Shown: positions 1 through 10,931, numbered from the stretch's first letter. The stretch: DNA of 64,000 nt from Desulfobacterales bacterium (GCA_963668645.2 CAXXWC010000001.1:526090-590089), one strand, 5' to 3'. The notes: generated from the letters alone by a model not told the origin. Numbers and translations: made by a program.

Positions 1-167
1 CTGACCCCCCGCCGTTGCAACACTTCCGGTCCCGAATCGTTAAAGCCTACAGCCCGATCGGGACCGGAATGCCTGCCTGACGTCCCAGCCCGCAACCGGC
101 AATATCGCGGGGCCCCAAAAACCGAACCCCGGCCCAATAACCAGGCCCGAACGGCCCTTGCCGGCGG

Positions 168-920
168 TCAGACGTTAGCAGGGCTGTCTTCCAGCCGCAC
201 CAGGGTGCGCCCATCGCCCGTAAAAGGGAGCGAATAGGTGTGCACCGACACCCGCATGAGCCGTCCACCGACGATCCGAAACTCAGCAGAGTGGCCGGGG
301 GCGGGGGCCAAGGCGGTGATCTCCGTATCTGCCTGGGGCCCCTTGTAGGCCAGAATACGCCCGCCATCACAGAGCAGGACCGCGGCGGTCGGAACCCATC
401 TGCTAAGGGCTGCCACGCCACGGCATACCACTGCATCGAAGAGCGGCGGCGCAGCCTTGCGGGCCAGAACCTCGAGCCGGACGTGATGGGCCTCGATCCG
501 GTCCAGCCCGAGGACCCGGATCACGTGGGAAACGAAGGAAATCTTTTTGCGCACCCCGTCTATGAGGGTCAGGTGCAGATCCGGGCGCAGGATTTTCAGC
601 GGAATACCGGGAAATCCGGCCCCGGTGCCGAGATCCAGGATCCTGGCCCCGGCCGCAAACTGATCGGCCGCGGCCAGGCTGTCGACGAAATGCTTGAGAG
701 CCACCTGCCTCGGATCGGTGATGGCCGTCAGGTTGACACGCCGGTTCCAGTCAAACAGTTCGACGGCCATGCGGCCCATGCGGGCGGCCTGGGCCGGATC
801 CACAGCCACTCCAAGCCGGGCGGCGGCCGTGATGACAAGTTCCTGCCATTGGAGGTCGCCGGCGTTCAAGGCATCGCCTTGGGGACCCGAACGGCAATTT
901 TCATCGACAGGCGCAGGCAT
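168..920 (-). CDS. rsmG: 16S rRNA (guanine(527)-N7)-methyltransferase
   Basis: WNRRVNLTAI, KHFVDSL, LDLGTGAGFPGIPL, IDGVRKKISF and KG motifs typical of RsmG/GidB. Confidence 0.93.
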   Translation of the reverse strand: MPAPVDENCRSGPQGDALNAGDLQWQELVITAAARLGVAVDPAQAARMGRMAVELFDWNRRVNLTAITDPRQVALKHFVDSLAAADQFAAGARILDLGTGAGFPGIPLKILRPDLHLTLIDGVRKKISFVSHVIRVLGLDRIEAHHVRLEVLARKAAPPLFDAVVCRGVAALSRWVPTAAVLLCDGGRILAYKGPQADTEITALAPAPGHSAEFRIVGGRLMRVSVHTYSLPFTGDGRTLVRLEDSPANV

Positions 921-2820
921 CGGCCGAATCCGTTCCGCCGGTAACCGGCCCTTCGCTCACCGCATCGTCGAAATCCATGACGATGGTAATGTCGCTGCCG
1001 CCGCCGGTCAGGGTGCGCGCATGGGGGTAGCGGCGTTTGAAGACCTTGAGCATGGCGCCGTTCTCGCGCAAGACGGTGGCCGAAAAATGGCGATAGCCGT
1101 TTTCCTTGGCGATCTTTTCCAGAGCCGCGAGCATATAGGAGGCCACGCCCATTCCCTGAAAATCCTCCCGCACCACGAAGGCCACCTCGGCCTTATCCTC
1201 TTCTTCCATGGCATAGGAGCCGATGGCCATGATTTCCTTGTGGCCGCGGTTTTGCACCCGCCCGATGACGGACATGTTCTTCTTGTAGTCCACGCTGGCC
1301 CATTGCTTTTGAGCCATCTCGTGGGGGAACACCTTCATCTTGTAAAAGAAGCGAAAATAGATGGTTTCTTCCTTGAGGCTGTAAAAGAAATTGCGATAGT
1401 TGAATTCGTCCGAGGGCAGCAGGGGGCGGAACTCGATGGTCTTGCCGTTTTGCAGTCTGACGTTGCTCTTGTAGTTTTCCAGAAAAATCAAGTCCTGGCG
1501 GGTGGGTGGAAGCTGATCGGCAAAGATGTAATGGTGCTTTTTGGCCACCTCGATCAACTCGTCGCGAAACCTTGGATGGGCGATCTGGGCCAGCTCCATG
1601 ACCCGCTGGTAGATGCCTTTGCCGGCCAATTCGGCGATCCCGTATTCGGTGATCACGAAGTTGACGTCGCCGCGGGTAGTGGCCACGCCGGCCCCTTCGC
1701 TGAGGCTGGGCACGATGCGCGACACCTTGCCCCCCTGGGCGGTGGACGGCAAAGCGATGATGGCAAAGCCTCCCTTGGACATGGCGCTGCCGCGCAGAAA
1801 ATCGACCTGGTCGCCGATCCCGCTGTAGAACAGGTGCCCCACCGAGTCGCTGCAGACCTGACCGGTCAGATCCACCTCAAGGGCCGAGCTGATGGAAACC
1901 AAATTGTCGTTGCGGGCGATCACCGTCGGATCGTTGACGAACTCGGAGGAGCGAAAATAAAAGGATGGATTGTTGTCCACGTATCGGTAAAGCCGCTCGG
2001 ATCCCATGCACAGGGAGGCCACGACCCTCCCGGGCAGCAGGCTTTTTTTCTTGTTGGTGATCACTCCCTTTTCGAAAAGGGGCAAAAAGGCATCGGTGAT
2101 CAGCTGGGTGTGGATCCCCAGGTCCTGCTTGTTGTCCAGATACTGGAGGATGGTGTAGGGCAGGTGCCCGAAGCCGATTTGCATAGTGGCGCCGTCGTCG
2201 ATGAGCTGGTTGACGAAAAAACCGATACGCACGGCCACCTCGTTGTCTTTAACCTCCGGGAGGATTTCCACCAGCGGCTCTTCATGCTCGACGAAAAGAT
2301 CGATGTCGTTGACGTGAACGAAGCTGTCGCCCCAGGTGCGAGGCATGCGAGGGTTGACCTGGGCGATGACCCGCTTGGCGTTCTCCATGCCGGCGCGGGT
2401 GATGTCCACTGAAACCCCGAGGCTGCAATAGCCGAAGCGGTCCGGCGGGCTGACCTGGATCAGGGCCACATCCAGTCCGATGCGCCGCGATGCGAAAAGC
2501 TTCGGGATCTGCGATAGATAGCTGGGGATGTAATCGATCTTGCCCTCGAAAGCCGCCTTGCGCATCCGCGAACTGATGAAAAACAGCTTCAGGGCGAAGC
2601 GGCGCAGAAAATCCGGATCGTCCACGTAGCGGGCAAAGGTCCACGAAAGCATCTGGAAGACCATGATATCCTGCAGGCTGCGGGTCTGCACCATGGTATG
2701 GATCAGGTGCTGGGGTTCGCCGCAGCCGGTACCGATAAATACCCGGCTGCCGTTCTTGATGGTGCTCACCGCCTCTTCGGCGCTGACTACCTTTTCAGGA
2801 CAATGCTCCATCAGGTCCAC
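901..2820 (-). CDS. Acetyl-CoA hydrolase/CoA-transferase fused to a C-terminal GNAT acetyltransferase domain
   Basis: GTGCGEP, QVSPPD, QIGFG and SGIGDQVDFLRG CoA-transferase motifs, then AEVAFVVREDFQGMGVA (GNAT). Start placed at GTG 2820, 6 nt after AGGAGG. Confidence 0.88.
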   Translation of the reverse strand: MDLMEHCPEKVVSAEEAVSTIKNGSRVFIGTGCGEPQHLIHTMVQTRSLQDIMVFQMLSWTFARYVDDPDFLRRFALKLFFISSRMRKAAFEGKIDYIPSYLSQIPKLFASRRIGLDVALIQVSPPDRFGYCSLGVSVDITRAGMENAKRVIAQVNPRMPRTWGDSFVHVNDIDLFVEHEEPLVEILPEVKDNEVAVRIGFFVNQLIDDGATMQIGFGHLPYTILQYLDNKQDLGIHTQLITDAFLPLFEKGVITNKKKSLLPGRVVASLCMGSERLYRYVDNNPSFYFRSSEFVNDPTVIARNDNLVSISSALEVDLTGQVCSDSVGHLFYSGIGDQVDFLRGSAMSKGGFAIIALPSTAQGGKVSRIVPSLSEGAGVATTRGDVNFVITEYGIAELAGKGIYQRVMELAQIAHPRFRDELIEVAKKHHYIFADQLPPTRQDLIFLENYKSNVRLQNGKTIEFRPLLPSDEFNYRNFFYSLKEETIYFRFFYKMKVFPHEMAQKQWASVDYKKNMSVIGRVQNRGHKEIMAIGSYAMEEEDKAEVAFVVREDFQGMGVASYMLAALEKIAKENGYRHFSATVLRENGAMLKVFKRRYPHARTLTGGGSDITIVMDFDDAVSEGPVTGGTDSADACACR

Positions 2821-3113
2821 GCGTTTCCTCCTTGCCCTTGCGGGCTGTATAAGCTGTCGTAAATGGTGCGATCTACTTTGCCCTGAAGGACGCACGACGT
2901 CAAGACGAAGCCGTGGCAGCCAGCAATTCTGTATGCACCCGAGCGATGGACATCAAATTTTCCTAAGCTTTTCGAACATTATTTAAATCCCCTGTGCTGC
3001 CGCACGAAAACAACTTACAGCATAAATCTGCTTCATTATAAATAGTTACAATCCGATCCGATCAAAACGGAATCCGTCCCATCGGAGGGTGACCTCCGGC
3101 CTAAAAAATCTTC

Positions 3114-3141
3114 TTGACAAATATGTCGAAGAGAGTATTTT
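3114..3141 (+). promoter_or_regulatory. Putative sigma70 promoter of fusA
   Basis: TTGACA (3114-3119), 16 nt spacer, TATTTT (3136-3141), about 275 nt upstream of the fusA ATG. Confidence 0.5.
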
Positions 3142-3415
3142 TACGAGATTCGTTTAGGTCAGTCGGCCGCCATGCTGCTGGTTCGATCCGCCCCGATCCC
3201 TTCAATTTCTATGGGATCTTCTTTTATCTGCACGCGATCCACCCTGAAAGCCGGCCTTAAATTTAACGCAAACCAAACACCGGTCAGACAATCCAGTCTT
3301 AATCAGGAACAAGACGGACCTCCGGCGGGCGTTTGGCCGTTCATCCGGAGAGCAAGGCCGCCGGCCCCGCCTTCAGGGGGCAGGCCGGAAACACCATTCA
3401 ACAAGGAAAGCCGTA

Positions 3416-5503
3416 ATGAAGTCCGACATTCAAAAGGTTCGCAACATCGGCATCAGTGCCCATATCGACTCGGGCAAGACCACTTTGACGGAACGGATAC
3501 TGTTCTACACGCAGCGGATCCATGCCATTCACGACGTCAAAGGAAAAGATGGGGTCGGCGCCACCATGGATTCCATGGAGTTGGAAAAGGAACGCGGCAT
3601 CACCATCGCCTCGGCCGCCACTTACTGCCAATGGAAGGGCCACCAGATCAACATCATCGACACCCCGGGACACGTCGATTTTACCATTGAGGTGGAACGG
3701 TCCCTGCGGGTTCTGGACGGCGCCGTTCTCGTGCTGTGCAGCGTCGGAGGGGTCCAATCCCAGTCGATCACCGTTGACCAGCAGATGAAGCGCTACCGGA
3801 TTCCGTGCATCGCTTTTGTCAACAAATGCGACCGTAGCGGCGCCAATCCCCGGAGGGTGCTCACCCAATTGCGTGAAAAACTCGGACACAAGGCCCTGGC
3901 CATGCAGTTGCCCATCGGCCTGGAGGCGGACTTCGAGGGGGTGGTCGACCTTCTTTCCATGGAAGCCCTCTACTTTGACGGCCCCAACGGCGAACAGGTG
4001 CGCCGCGAACCGATCCCCCAGGCATTGCAGGACGAGGCCCAGGCCCAACACGAGGCCATCATCGACGCCGCATCCCTCTTCAGCGACGAGTTGACCGAAG
4101 CGATCCTCGAAGGGGGCGAGGTCAGCCACGAGCTGATCGTCCAGGGACTGCGCCAGGGGGTCCTGGCCCGGGAAATCACCCCCGTTTTTCTAGGCTCGGC
4201 CTACAAGAACAAGGGGGTGCAGCCCCTTCTGGATGCGGTCACAAGCCTGCTGCCCTGCCCGGCCGACGTGCCCAATGAGGCTTTGGATCTCGATCATGAC
4301 GAAGCCCCGGTGCGCCTCACCAGCCGGGATGAAGAGCCCACCGTAGCCTTGGCCTTCAAGCTCGAAGACGGCCCCTACGGCCAGCTCACCTATATCCGGG
4401 TCTACCAGGGAAGCCTGGCCAAGGGCGACACGGTGGTCAATGTGCGCACCGGCAAAAAGATCAAGATCGGCCGCCTGGTGCGCATGCATGCCAACCAGAT
4501 GGAAGACATCGACCGGATTGCGGCCGGCTTTATCGGTGCACTTTTCGGCGTCGACTGCGCCTCTGGCGACACCTTTACCAGCCCTGAACTGCGCCTGACC
4601 ATGACCTCGATGTTCGTGCCCGATCCGGTGATCTCGCTGTCCATCGTGCCCAAGGACAACAAGGCCCAGATCAACATGTCCAAGGCGTTGAACCGGTTTA
4701 CCAAGGAAGATCCCACCTTCCGCAGCTTCGTGAACGATGAGACCGGCGAGACGATCATAGAAGGCATGGGGGAACTGCACCTTGAGGTCTATGTCGAGCG
4801 CATGCGCCGCGAGTACAAGGCCGAGGTGATCACCGGCCAGCCCCAGGTGGCCTACCGTGAAACCATCACCCAGACAGCCGAGTTCAACTATACCCACAAG
4901 AAGCAGACCGGCGGCGCAGGCCAGTTCGGCCGGGTGGCCGGCTTTATCGAGCCGACCAGCGAGGCGGATTTCCTCTTCGACAACAAGGTCACCGGGGGAG
5001 CGATTCCGACCCAGTATATTCCGGCATGTGAAAAGGGATTCCGCAACTGCATGGCCAAAGGACCGCTGATGGAGCTGCCCGTCACCGGCATCAAGGTGAC
5101 CATCAACGACGGGGCCTCCCATTCGGTGGACTCTTCCGACATGGCTTTCCAGGCCGCAGCCCGGGGCGCCTTCCGGGAAGGGTATCACAGGGCCAAACCG
5201 GTGATCATGGAGCCGATCATGAAAGTGGCCGTGGAAACCCCCAGCGAATACCAGGGATCTGTGATGGGACTGCTCAACCAACGCCGCGGCATGATCATCG
5301 GTGCCCAGGACGAGGGCCCGATGTGCGTGGTGGAAGCCCAGGTGCCCCTGGCCGAGATGTTCGGCTTTTCCACCGTACTGCGCTCGGCCACCCAGGGAAA
5401 GGCCCAGTTCACCATGGAATTCGCCGCCTATCGCCAGGTGCCCCAGCCCATCGCCGAGGAATTGATCAAAAAGGCGGGGGAAAAAAAGAAAAAAGTTGCC
5501 TGA
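3416..5503 (+). CDS. fusA: Elongation factor G, stand-alone copy (spd/mitochondrial EF-G1-like)
   Basis: [37 protein letters not shown]; no rpsL/rpsG/tuf neighbours. Confidence 0.96.
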   Translation: MKSDIQKVRNIGISAHIDSGKTTLTERILFYTQRIHAIHDVKGKDGVGATMDSMELEKERGITIASAATYCQWKGHQINIIDTPGHVDFTIEVERSLRVLDGAVLVLCSVGGVQSQSITVDQQMKRYRIPCIAFVNKCDRSGANPRRVLTQLREKLGHKALAMQLPIGLEADFEGVVDLLSMEALYFDGPNGEQVRREPIPQALQDEAQAQHEAIIDAASLFSDELTEAILEGGEVSHELIVQGLRQGVLAREITPVFLGSAYKNKGVQPLLDAVTSLLPCPADVPNEALDLDHDEAPVRLTSRDEEPTVALAFKLEDGPYGQLTYIRVYQGSLAKGDTVVNVRTGKKIKIGRLVRMHANQMEDIDRIAAGFIGALFGVDCASGDTFTSPELRLTMTSMFVPDPVISLSIVPKDNKAQINMSKALNRFTKEDPTFRSFVNDETGETIIEGMGELHLEVYVERMRREYKAEVITGQPQVAYRETITQTAEFNYTHKKQTGGAGQFGRVAGFIEPTSEADFLFDNKVTGGAIPTQYIPACEKGFRNCMAKGPLMELPVTGIKVTINDGASHSVDSSDMAFQAAARGAFREGYHRAKPVIMEPIMKVAVETPSEYQGSVMGLLNQRRGMIIGAQDEGPMCVVEAQVPLAEMFGFSTVLRSATQGKAQFTMEFAAYRQVPQPIAEELIKKAGEKKKKVA

Positions 5504-5558
5504 CCGCGAATTACGCACGACAAACAGATAGACACGAGTCATGTAAAGGAGCCGCTAG

Positions 5559-6266
5559 ATGCTCAAAAACGATCTGACACTGCGCAACCCGATGCGCCTC
5601 TTGGGCCCCTCCGGGGACGCCCTGCTGCCTTCAGGAGGCTTGGGCGCCGTACTGGCCCGCGCCGGGGTCGGCAAGACCGCCTTTCTGGTCCAACTGGCCC
5701 TGGACAACCTTTTGCAGGGCCGCAAGGTGCTTCACATCAGCCTCAACGACCCGGTGCAAAAAGTGGCCCTTTGGTACCGGGAGGTGCTCGCCACCACCGG
5801 TGCCGGCAAACCCTCTGCGGGCGCCATTCCGGTTTGGGAGACCCTCCAGCCCCATCTTTTCATCATGACCTTTCGCGTGGAAGGCTTCAGTGTTCCCAAG
5901 CTCGAGGAACGGGTGACCGATTTGACCGCCCAGGGGATCTTTGCCCCGCAGATGGTCCTGGTCGACGGCCTGCCCTTCGAGGACGCTGCCGGCGCGGCAG
6001 CGCTGCGCGAGTTCAAGGACCTGGCCGAAAGCCTGGAGGTGCCTGCCTGGTTTGCCGTGCGCACCCATCGCCACGAGGCCCCGGGCGCCAGTGGACTGCC
6101 CCTTCAGGTCGAGCCGGTCGCGGATCTTTTCCAGGTGCTGCTGCAGCTCAAACCGGAAGGCGCCAGCATCCGGGTCGAAGCCCTCAAAGGCGGTCCCAAG
6201 GGCGCGGGCCAACTGCCGATAGTGCTCGATCCGACCACCATGCTGGTCCGCGATCCAAAGGCCTGA
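5559..6266 (+). CDS. RecA/KaiC-superfamily P-loop ATPase, function unknown
   Basis: Walker A ARAGVGKT, VLHISL strand, Walker B VLVDG; AAGGAG RBS. Confidence 0.75.
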   Translation: MLKNDLTLRNPMRLLGPSGDALLPSGGLGAVLARAGVGKTAFLVQLALDNLLQGRKVLHISLNDPVQKVALWYREVLATTGAGKPSAGAIPVWETLQPHLFIMTFRVEGFSVPKLEERVTDLTAQGIFAPQMVLVDGLPFEDAAGAAALREFKDLAESLEVPAWFAVRTHRHEAPGASGLPLQVEPVADLFQVLLQLKPEGASIRVEALKGGPKGAGQLPIVLDPTTMLVRDPKA

Positions 6267-6290
6267 CGCGGCAAAGGAGTTCTTGGCCCG

Positions 6291-7475
6291 TTGCCAACGT
6301 CTGAAAACGCTTCACTTTCAGGTTATCGGCCCGTCTGGCAGGAATCCATGGGGGCCGTTGACCAGGACGGCTGGAACCGGCTGGCCCTGGCGGCAGCGAC
6401 GCCTTTTCTCGAATGGGAATGGCTTGAACTGCTTGAATCCTCGGGAAGCATCGCGCCCCACCGAGGCTGGAGACCCCAGCATCTTACCGTCTGGCGCCAC
6501 GACCGTCTGGTGGCCGCGGCTCCTTTTTACATCAAACAAGACAGTGAAGCCGAATTTGTTTTCGACCAACCCTGGGCCGAGGTAGCCGCTCACATCGGGG
6601 CCGCCTACTATCCCAAACTGGTGGGCGCGGTTCCTGTAACCCCCCTCGGCGGCTACCGCTTTCTAATCGCTCCCGAACACGACGCGGCCCGGCTGACCCG
6701 GCTGATGGTCCACTGGGCCATGGAGCGCTGCCGGGTCCTGGGCCTGGGCGGATGCCATCTGCTCTTTGTCGATCCGGACGCTTGCGCCCCGCTGACCGAA
6801 GCGGGTTTCCAGGCCTGGCACCACCACGGCTTCGTCTGGCAGAATAAAGCCTACAGCAGTTTTGAGGACTTTCTGGAGCGCTTCACGCCCAACCAGCGCC
6901 GCAATATCCGCCGCGAACGCCGTCGCCTGGCCGCATCGGGGATCCGGGTGGCCACCTATCCGGGCCAGGAGATCCCCGAGGAGTTTTTCTCCCGGATGCA
7001 CCAATGGTACGTTCATACCAATGAGCGCTACGGCCCTTGGGGCGGACGCTATCTGACCTCGGCTTTTTTCACCGGTTTGGCCCACCGATGGCGACACCGG
7101 CTGCTCTTCACGGCCGGCAGCCGCACAATCGATCCGACCGCCCCGCCTTTGGGCATGGCCATGCTGGTCTACAAGGGAAAGCGGCTCTACGGCCGCTATT
7201 GGGGTGGGGATCCACGCGTGCCCCTGCTGCACTTCGAAGCTTGCTACTACCTGCCCATCGCCTGGGCCATCGGCGAGGCCATCGAAACCTTCGATCCGGG
7301 CATGGGCGGGGCACACAAGCTGCGCCGCGGCTTTGTTTCCCGTCCGACCCTGAGCCTGCACCGGTTCACCGATCCGCGCCTGGAGGCGGTCATGGCAGCC
7401 AACATCGACCGCATCAACCGCCTCGAAGACCGGCAGATTGAAACCCTCAACGCATCGATGCCCTTGCGGGCATAA
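6291..7475 (+). CDS. GNAT/FemAB-like protein (DUF482 type)
   Basis: PF..W.WL..LE.SG, EFVFD..WA, YYPKL...PVTP, LYGRYWG, LHFEACYY, G.HKL.RGF. Start codon uncertain. Confidence 0.85.
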   Translation: MPTSENASLSGYRPVWQESMGAVDQDGWNRLALAAATPFLEWEWLELLESSGSIAPHRGWRPQHLTVWRHDRLVAAAPFYIKQDSEAEFVFDQPWAEVAAHIGAAYYPKLVGAVPVTPLGGYRFLIAPEHDAARLTRLMVHWAMERCRVLGLGGCHLLFVDPDACAPLTEAGFQAWHHHGFVWQNKAYSSFEDFLERFTPNQRRNIRRERRRLAASGIRVATYPGQEIPEEFFSRMHQWYVHTNERYGPWGGRYLTSAFFTGLAHRWRHRLLFTAGSRTIDPTAPPLGMAMLVYKGKRLYGRYWGGDPRVPLLHFEACYYLPIAWAIGEAIETFDPGMGGAHKLRRGFVSRPTLSLHRFTDPRLEAVMAANIDRINRLEDRQIETLNASMPLRA

Positions 7476-7478
7476 GAA

Positions 7479-7500
7479 CGAAACCGATGGTTTCGCTTTT
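7479..7500 (+). terminator. Likely intrinsic terminator
   Basis: CGAAACC-gat-GGTTTCG hairpin followed by CTTTT directly after the stop codon. Confidence 0.55.
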
Positions 7501-7536
7501 ATACCTAACATACTGATTATAAAAGTTGATTAGGTG

Positions 7537-8040
7537 TTATAAATCTGGAACACCGGCAGGATTGAGGCCGTTGCTGGGATCGCCTTCGGCCATCATTTCG
7601 GCCAGCAGCCGTTGCTCGCGCGGGCCGGGGACCAACCCTTCCAGCGCGGCCTCGGCGACGGTCTGGCCGTCCTGATTGCGAAAAACCGCCTCGGCCCTGG
7701 CGCGATAGCGGCCGGATACTTCGACAATGGTCATATGGCAGATCACGGTGTCACCGGGATAAACCGGCCGGCGGAAGCGAAAATCCATACCGGAGGCCAG
7801 CCATCCGATCTGGCCGCCGATTTCGGTCAGCAAGCTGCCGACCAGCAGACCGTGGCAGACCGGCCCGGCAAAACCCTTCAGAGCGGTCCAGCGGGACTCG
7901 AAATGCACTGGGTTGTAATCGCGGCTCAAGGCTGCAAAGGCCTTAACCTCGGCCGCACTGAAGGTCCGGCGCACCTCGAAACTGTCCCCGGCGCATAACC
8001 CCTGGCTGGTGCGCATGCGAATGGTGGTCATCATCCTCAC
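7537..8040 (-). CDS. MaoC-family (R)-hydratase/dehydratase
   Basis: FA.LS.D.NP.H motif, HG.L, F..PVYPGD. Confidence 0.85.
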   Translation of the reverse strand: MRMMTTIRMRTSQGLCAGDSFEVRRTFSAAEVKAFAALSRDYNPVHFESRWTALKGFAGPVCHGLLVGSLLTEIGGQIGWLASGMDFRFRRPVYPGDTVICHMTIVEVSGRYRARAEAVFRNQDGQTVAEAALEGLVPGPREQRLLAEMMAEGDPSNGLNPAGVPDL

Positions 8041-9233
8041 TTTCCGGCCAGGGCTGCCCGTGCCGCACCGAGCAGCGTGGCATCGGGCACGGTGCAGACC
8101 TTGACCCGTACATGCCCCAGTTCGTATGCCTCGAGCAGTTCGTTCAATGTCTGCACCAGGGTGCCAAGGTACTCGCAGTGCCCGGCAAGACGGCCCCGCA
8201 ACAATCCGCCTACAGCCACCACCCGCACCGTATCGATCGGAGCGGTCCGGTGACGCAAATCAACGGCCGCAGTCAGCAGGGCGGCCGCGATCTGGGCCGA
8301 CCGGCGCACCAGTACGCGCGCCAGGTGCAGCATCCCGGCATCCGGTCCTTGCGGGACCGCATCTGCCAGAGATTCGAGCATAGGCGGCGGCCCGCCGCCC
8401 CGGGCGGTGCAGATTAGGGCCAACATCCGGTTTAAGTACATGCCGGATAAGACCTTTTCCAGCCTCTGGCGTCCGGGGTTCTCCGAAGCGGCGTCCAGAT
8501 CGGCATCCCATTCGGTCAGATGCGGCAAAAAAAAGTCGCCCGATTCCATGTTGAGGGCTGCCTCGCTGTCCGGTTCGCCCCCGGCCGCCGTACCGGCCGG
8601 CCAGGCCAGGGCCAGGTTGGTTCCCGTACCCACCACCAACCCCATGCGCATTTGGGCCGCGTCCCGCCCCTCATCGGCATACAGTAAAGCCATGCTGTCG
8701 TTGAGGACGCGCACCGGCCCGCAACGGATCCGGCCGCGCGCGGCAATGTGCTGTGCAAGAAGGCGGCCGACCCTGCGGCCGATCATTGCCGGCACTTCAA
8801 TCCCCTTGGTCCAGCGGATCAGCCTGGCGTCGCCGTCGCCGGCAGGCCGGATGGGAAAGGAGAAAGCGTATCCCAGGGGCAGCCCCGGCTCCGGCGCCAG
8901 GTCTTCGATCAATTGGGCCTGGAGTTCCAGAAAGCGCTCCATCGGAAAGGGAACGCCCCGTTGCCAGGGCATCCGCACCACCAGCGGCCCCTTTTCGACC
9001 CAGGCCCCGGTCTTGCCCCAGCGCACCAAGGCGGACCGGACCCGGCTGCCCCCCAGATCCAAGCCCAGGGCCGCGTCGGCCAAGGGAACCTTGGGGCTCA
9101 AGGCCGGATCCGGCCGGCACTCCGGATCGGCCAGGAGGCGCTCCAGTTTTCGGGCGAGCTGCGCCCTGAGACTATCGAGGATCTCATGCAGCCGGTTTCG
9201 GCTCAACGTCAGGCAGCACGTCACGTGGGTCAT
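8037..9233 (-). CDS. Hexokinase-family sugar kinase (eukaryote-type motifs)
   Basis: GLDLGGSRVR, LGYAFSFP, LIRWTKG, VLNDS, GLVVGTGTN, NMESG, EK..SG.YL. Confidence 0.8.
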   Translation of the reverse strand: MTHVTCCLTLSRNRLHEILDSLRAQLARKLERLLADPECRPDPALSPKVPLADAALGLDLGGSRVRSALVRWGKTGAWVEKGPLVVRMPWQRGVPFPMERFLELQAQLIEDLAPEPGLPLGYAFSFPIRPAGDGDARLIRWTKGIEVPAMIGRRVGRLLAQHIAARGRIRCGPVRVLNDSMALLYADEGRDAAQMRMGLVVGTGTNLALAWPAGTAAGGEPDSEAALNMESGDFFLPHLTEWDADLDAASENPGRQRLEKVLSGMYLNRMLALICTARGGGPPPMLESLADAVPQGPDAGMLHLARVLVRRSAQIAAALLTAAVDLRHRTAPIDTVRVVAVGGLLRGRLAGHCEYLGTLVQTLNELLEAYELGHVRVKVCTVPDATLLGAARAALAGK

Positions 9234-9266
9234 ACAACCCTTGATCCGATCCTGGGCACCGCGGCT

Positions 9267-10931
9267 CTAGTCTGCCGTGCAGGGTTCTATATCATCGCAA
9301 ATCCAGGACTCGAGCAAATCGCGCTCCTCGGGACTCAGATCGAGTTGGGCATCGGCGCACAGGTTGATCACGTTCTTGCGGAACACGTCGGCGAATATTC
9401 CGGCCCGATCCTTTTCCGGCCGCAGGCCGAAGCGATGCCCGCCGTATGAAATACCTCGCAGAATAAAGGAAATGGTGGCCCGGCTGATGCTGTATCCTTT
9501 TTCAAGGCAGCGGTCCCGGACCATCTTGCTCGTCCCGGTAAAATGATAGCGGCAGCTCTGGAGGACTTCTTCCAGCGATTGAAAAACGTCGGCGTACTCT
9601 TCGGGAGTCAGATCCGGTGTGTGTGTCAAGTTGTGGATCCGCTGAATCAGGCCGGTCAAGCTCGGAGGCAGGTCGGCAAAGCGGCACCCGGCATCATCCT
9701 GGCTCGGCGGCGTGTGCCGGTCAGGATCGAGAAGGTAGGCCGGCAGGCCTGGAGCGGTAAAAATGGCGATACCGCTTTCGGGATAGCTTTCGATCAGGGC
9801 TTTGAAGGTGCCGGCGCCGGCCCATTGGCTGGTCAAGACTCCTTCCCCCAAATCGGCTACCACCTCCTGGGCCATCTTGGCCATCAGCAAGGGCCGATCG
9901 GCCTCTTCGATCCGCCCGCGCACAAAGTCCACCACCCGCCGGGGCAGAACCTCGTCATCATCATCGCCGGAAAAATCGGCGCCTGCCGCCGAAGCGCCGG
10001 CCGATGCAGACTTGCGCCGCTCACCGGCCACCGGCATGGCCACCACGACCTTCCACGGGTCGCTGTCGAGCAGGGCGAGGTCCGAACGGCATGCTACCAC
10101 CGCCTGGGTCAACCGGCGCAGCGAACCGTACCCGAGCCAGTCGCTACTGCTGCGAAACACATCGAATTCGCCGTAGATTTTGGGCAGGTTGGCCGCCAGA
10201 ATCTCACCGTCGGTGCTGGCCCGCTCGTAGACCAGGTCGGCAATGCGCGCAAGAAGCCGGGGAGAAATCCCGCCATCCCCCTGCCCGGGGTTGGGGCCGC
10301 CCGAAAAATCGGTATCCACCCCGCTGACGCCCAAAGCGAACTCGATAAAGTTATCGACGCTGATCAGATAATCACAAGCCGACTTGTACGCCTCGCTGGC
10401 CGGACCGACCGCCAGAACGGTGGTCCGGCGATCATAGGCGCGCAGCCGCTGCAAAACCGGGGTGAAATCGGCGTCCCCGGACAGAATGATATACTCATCG
10501 AAGCGGGTCTCGTGCTTGAGGGTGTCCAGTACGTCCATCACCATGCGGATGTCGCTGCTGGTCTTGCCTTTTTCCGTCAGGGGGGGGCAATCGACGATGG
10601 TAAAGGCCGACCGGGTGAAATAGGGCCTGAACCGGTAAAAGGTGCGCGGGTTGAGGTAACAGTTGCGGATCAGCACCGACCGCTGCCCGCCGGGGGCGTC
10701 CTGGCAGCTGTCCAGGGCAGCCGGCATCCCGTTCTCGATCCATTCGAGCCAGCCGGCCGGGTTGCTGCCGAAACTTTCAGCCGCCTGGCTGTCAAGACTG
10801 TTCAGGCCGATATAGATGTTGTCGAAATCGACGAAAAGGGCCGCTCGGGGGCATCCGGTACGGCGCAACCCATTGACGGGTGATCTGGTTTTCATGGCAA
10901 TGCTGCTCTTGTCCCTTTTGAGGTTATTCAT
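9267..10931 (-). CDS. NYN/LabA-domain (PIN-like) protein with C-terminal OST-HTH-like repeats
   Basis: ALFVDFDNI, KTSSDIRMVMD, ILSGDADFTP; C-terminal WLGYGSL and WAGAGTFK motifs. Start at the ATGA overlap with the xth stop (alternative 10895). Confidence 0.8.
   Translation of the reverse strand: MNNLKRDKSSIAMKTRSPVNGLRRTGCPRAALFVDFDNIYIGLNSLDSQAAESFGSNPAGWLEWIENGMPAALDSCQDAPGGQRSVLIRNCYLNPRTFYRFRPYFTRSAFTIVDCPPLTEKGKTSSDIRMVMDVLDTLKHETRFDEYIILSGDADFTPVLQRLRAYDRRTTVLAVGPASEAYKSACDYLISVDNFIEFALGVSGVDTDFSGGPNPGQGDGGISPRLLARIADLVYERASTDGEILAANLPKIYGEFDVFRSSSDWLGYGSLRRLTQAVVACRSDLALLDSDPWKVVVAMPVAGERRKSASAGASAAGADFSGDDDDEVLPRRVVDFVRGRIEEADRPLLMAKMAQEVVADLGEGVLTSQWAGAGTFKALIESYPESGIAIFTAPGLPAYLLDPDRHTPPSQDDAGCRFADLPPSLTGLIQRIHNLTHTPDLTPEEYADVFQSLEEVLQSCRYHFTGTSKMVRDRCLEKGYSISRATISFILRGISYGGHRFGLRPEKDRAGIFADVFRKNVINLCADAQLDLSPEERDLLESWICDDIEPCTAD

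Noticed and set aside
694..2412. Long antisense ORFs (also 4190-5542, 17036-18499, 21068-22516, 23003-24385, 33886-35241, 43305-44654)
   Set aside because: Shadow frames of well-supported GC-rich genes; no motifs
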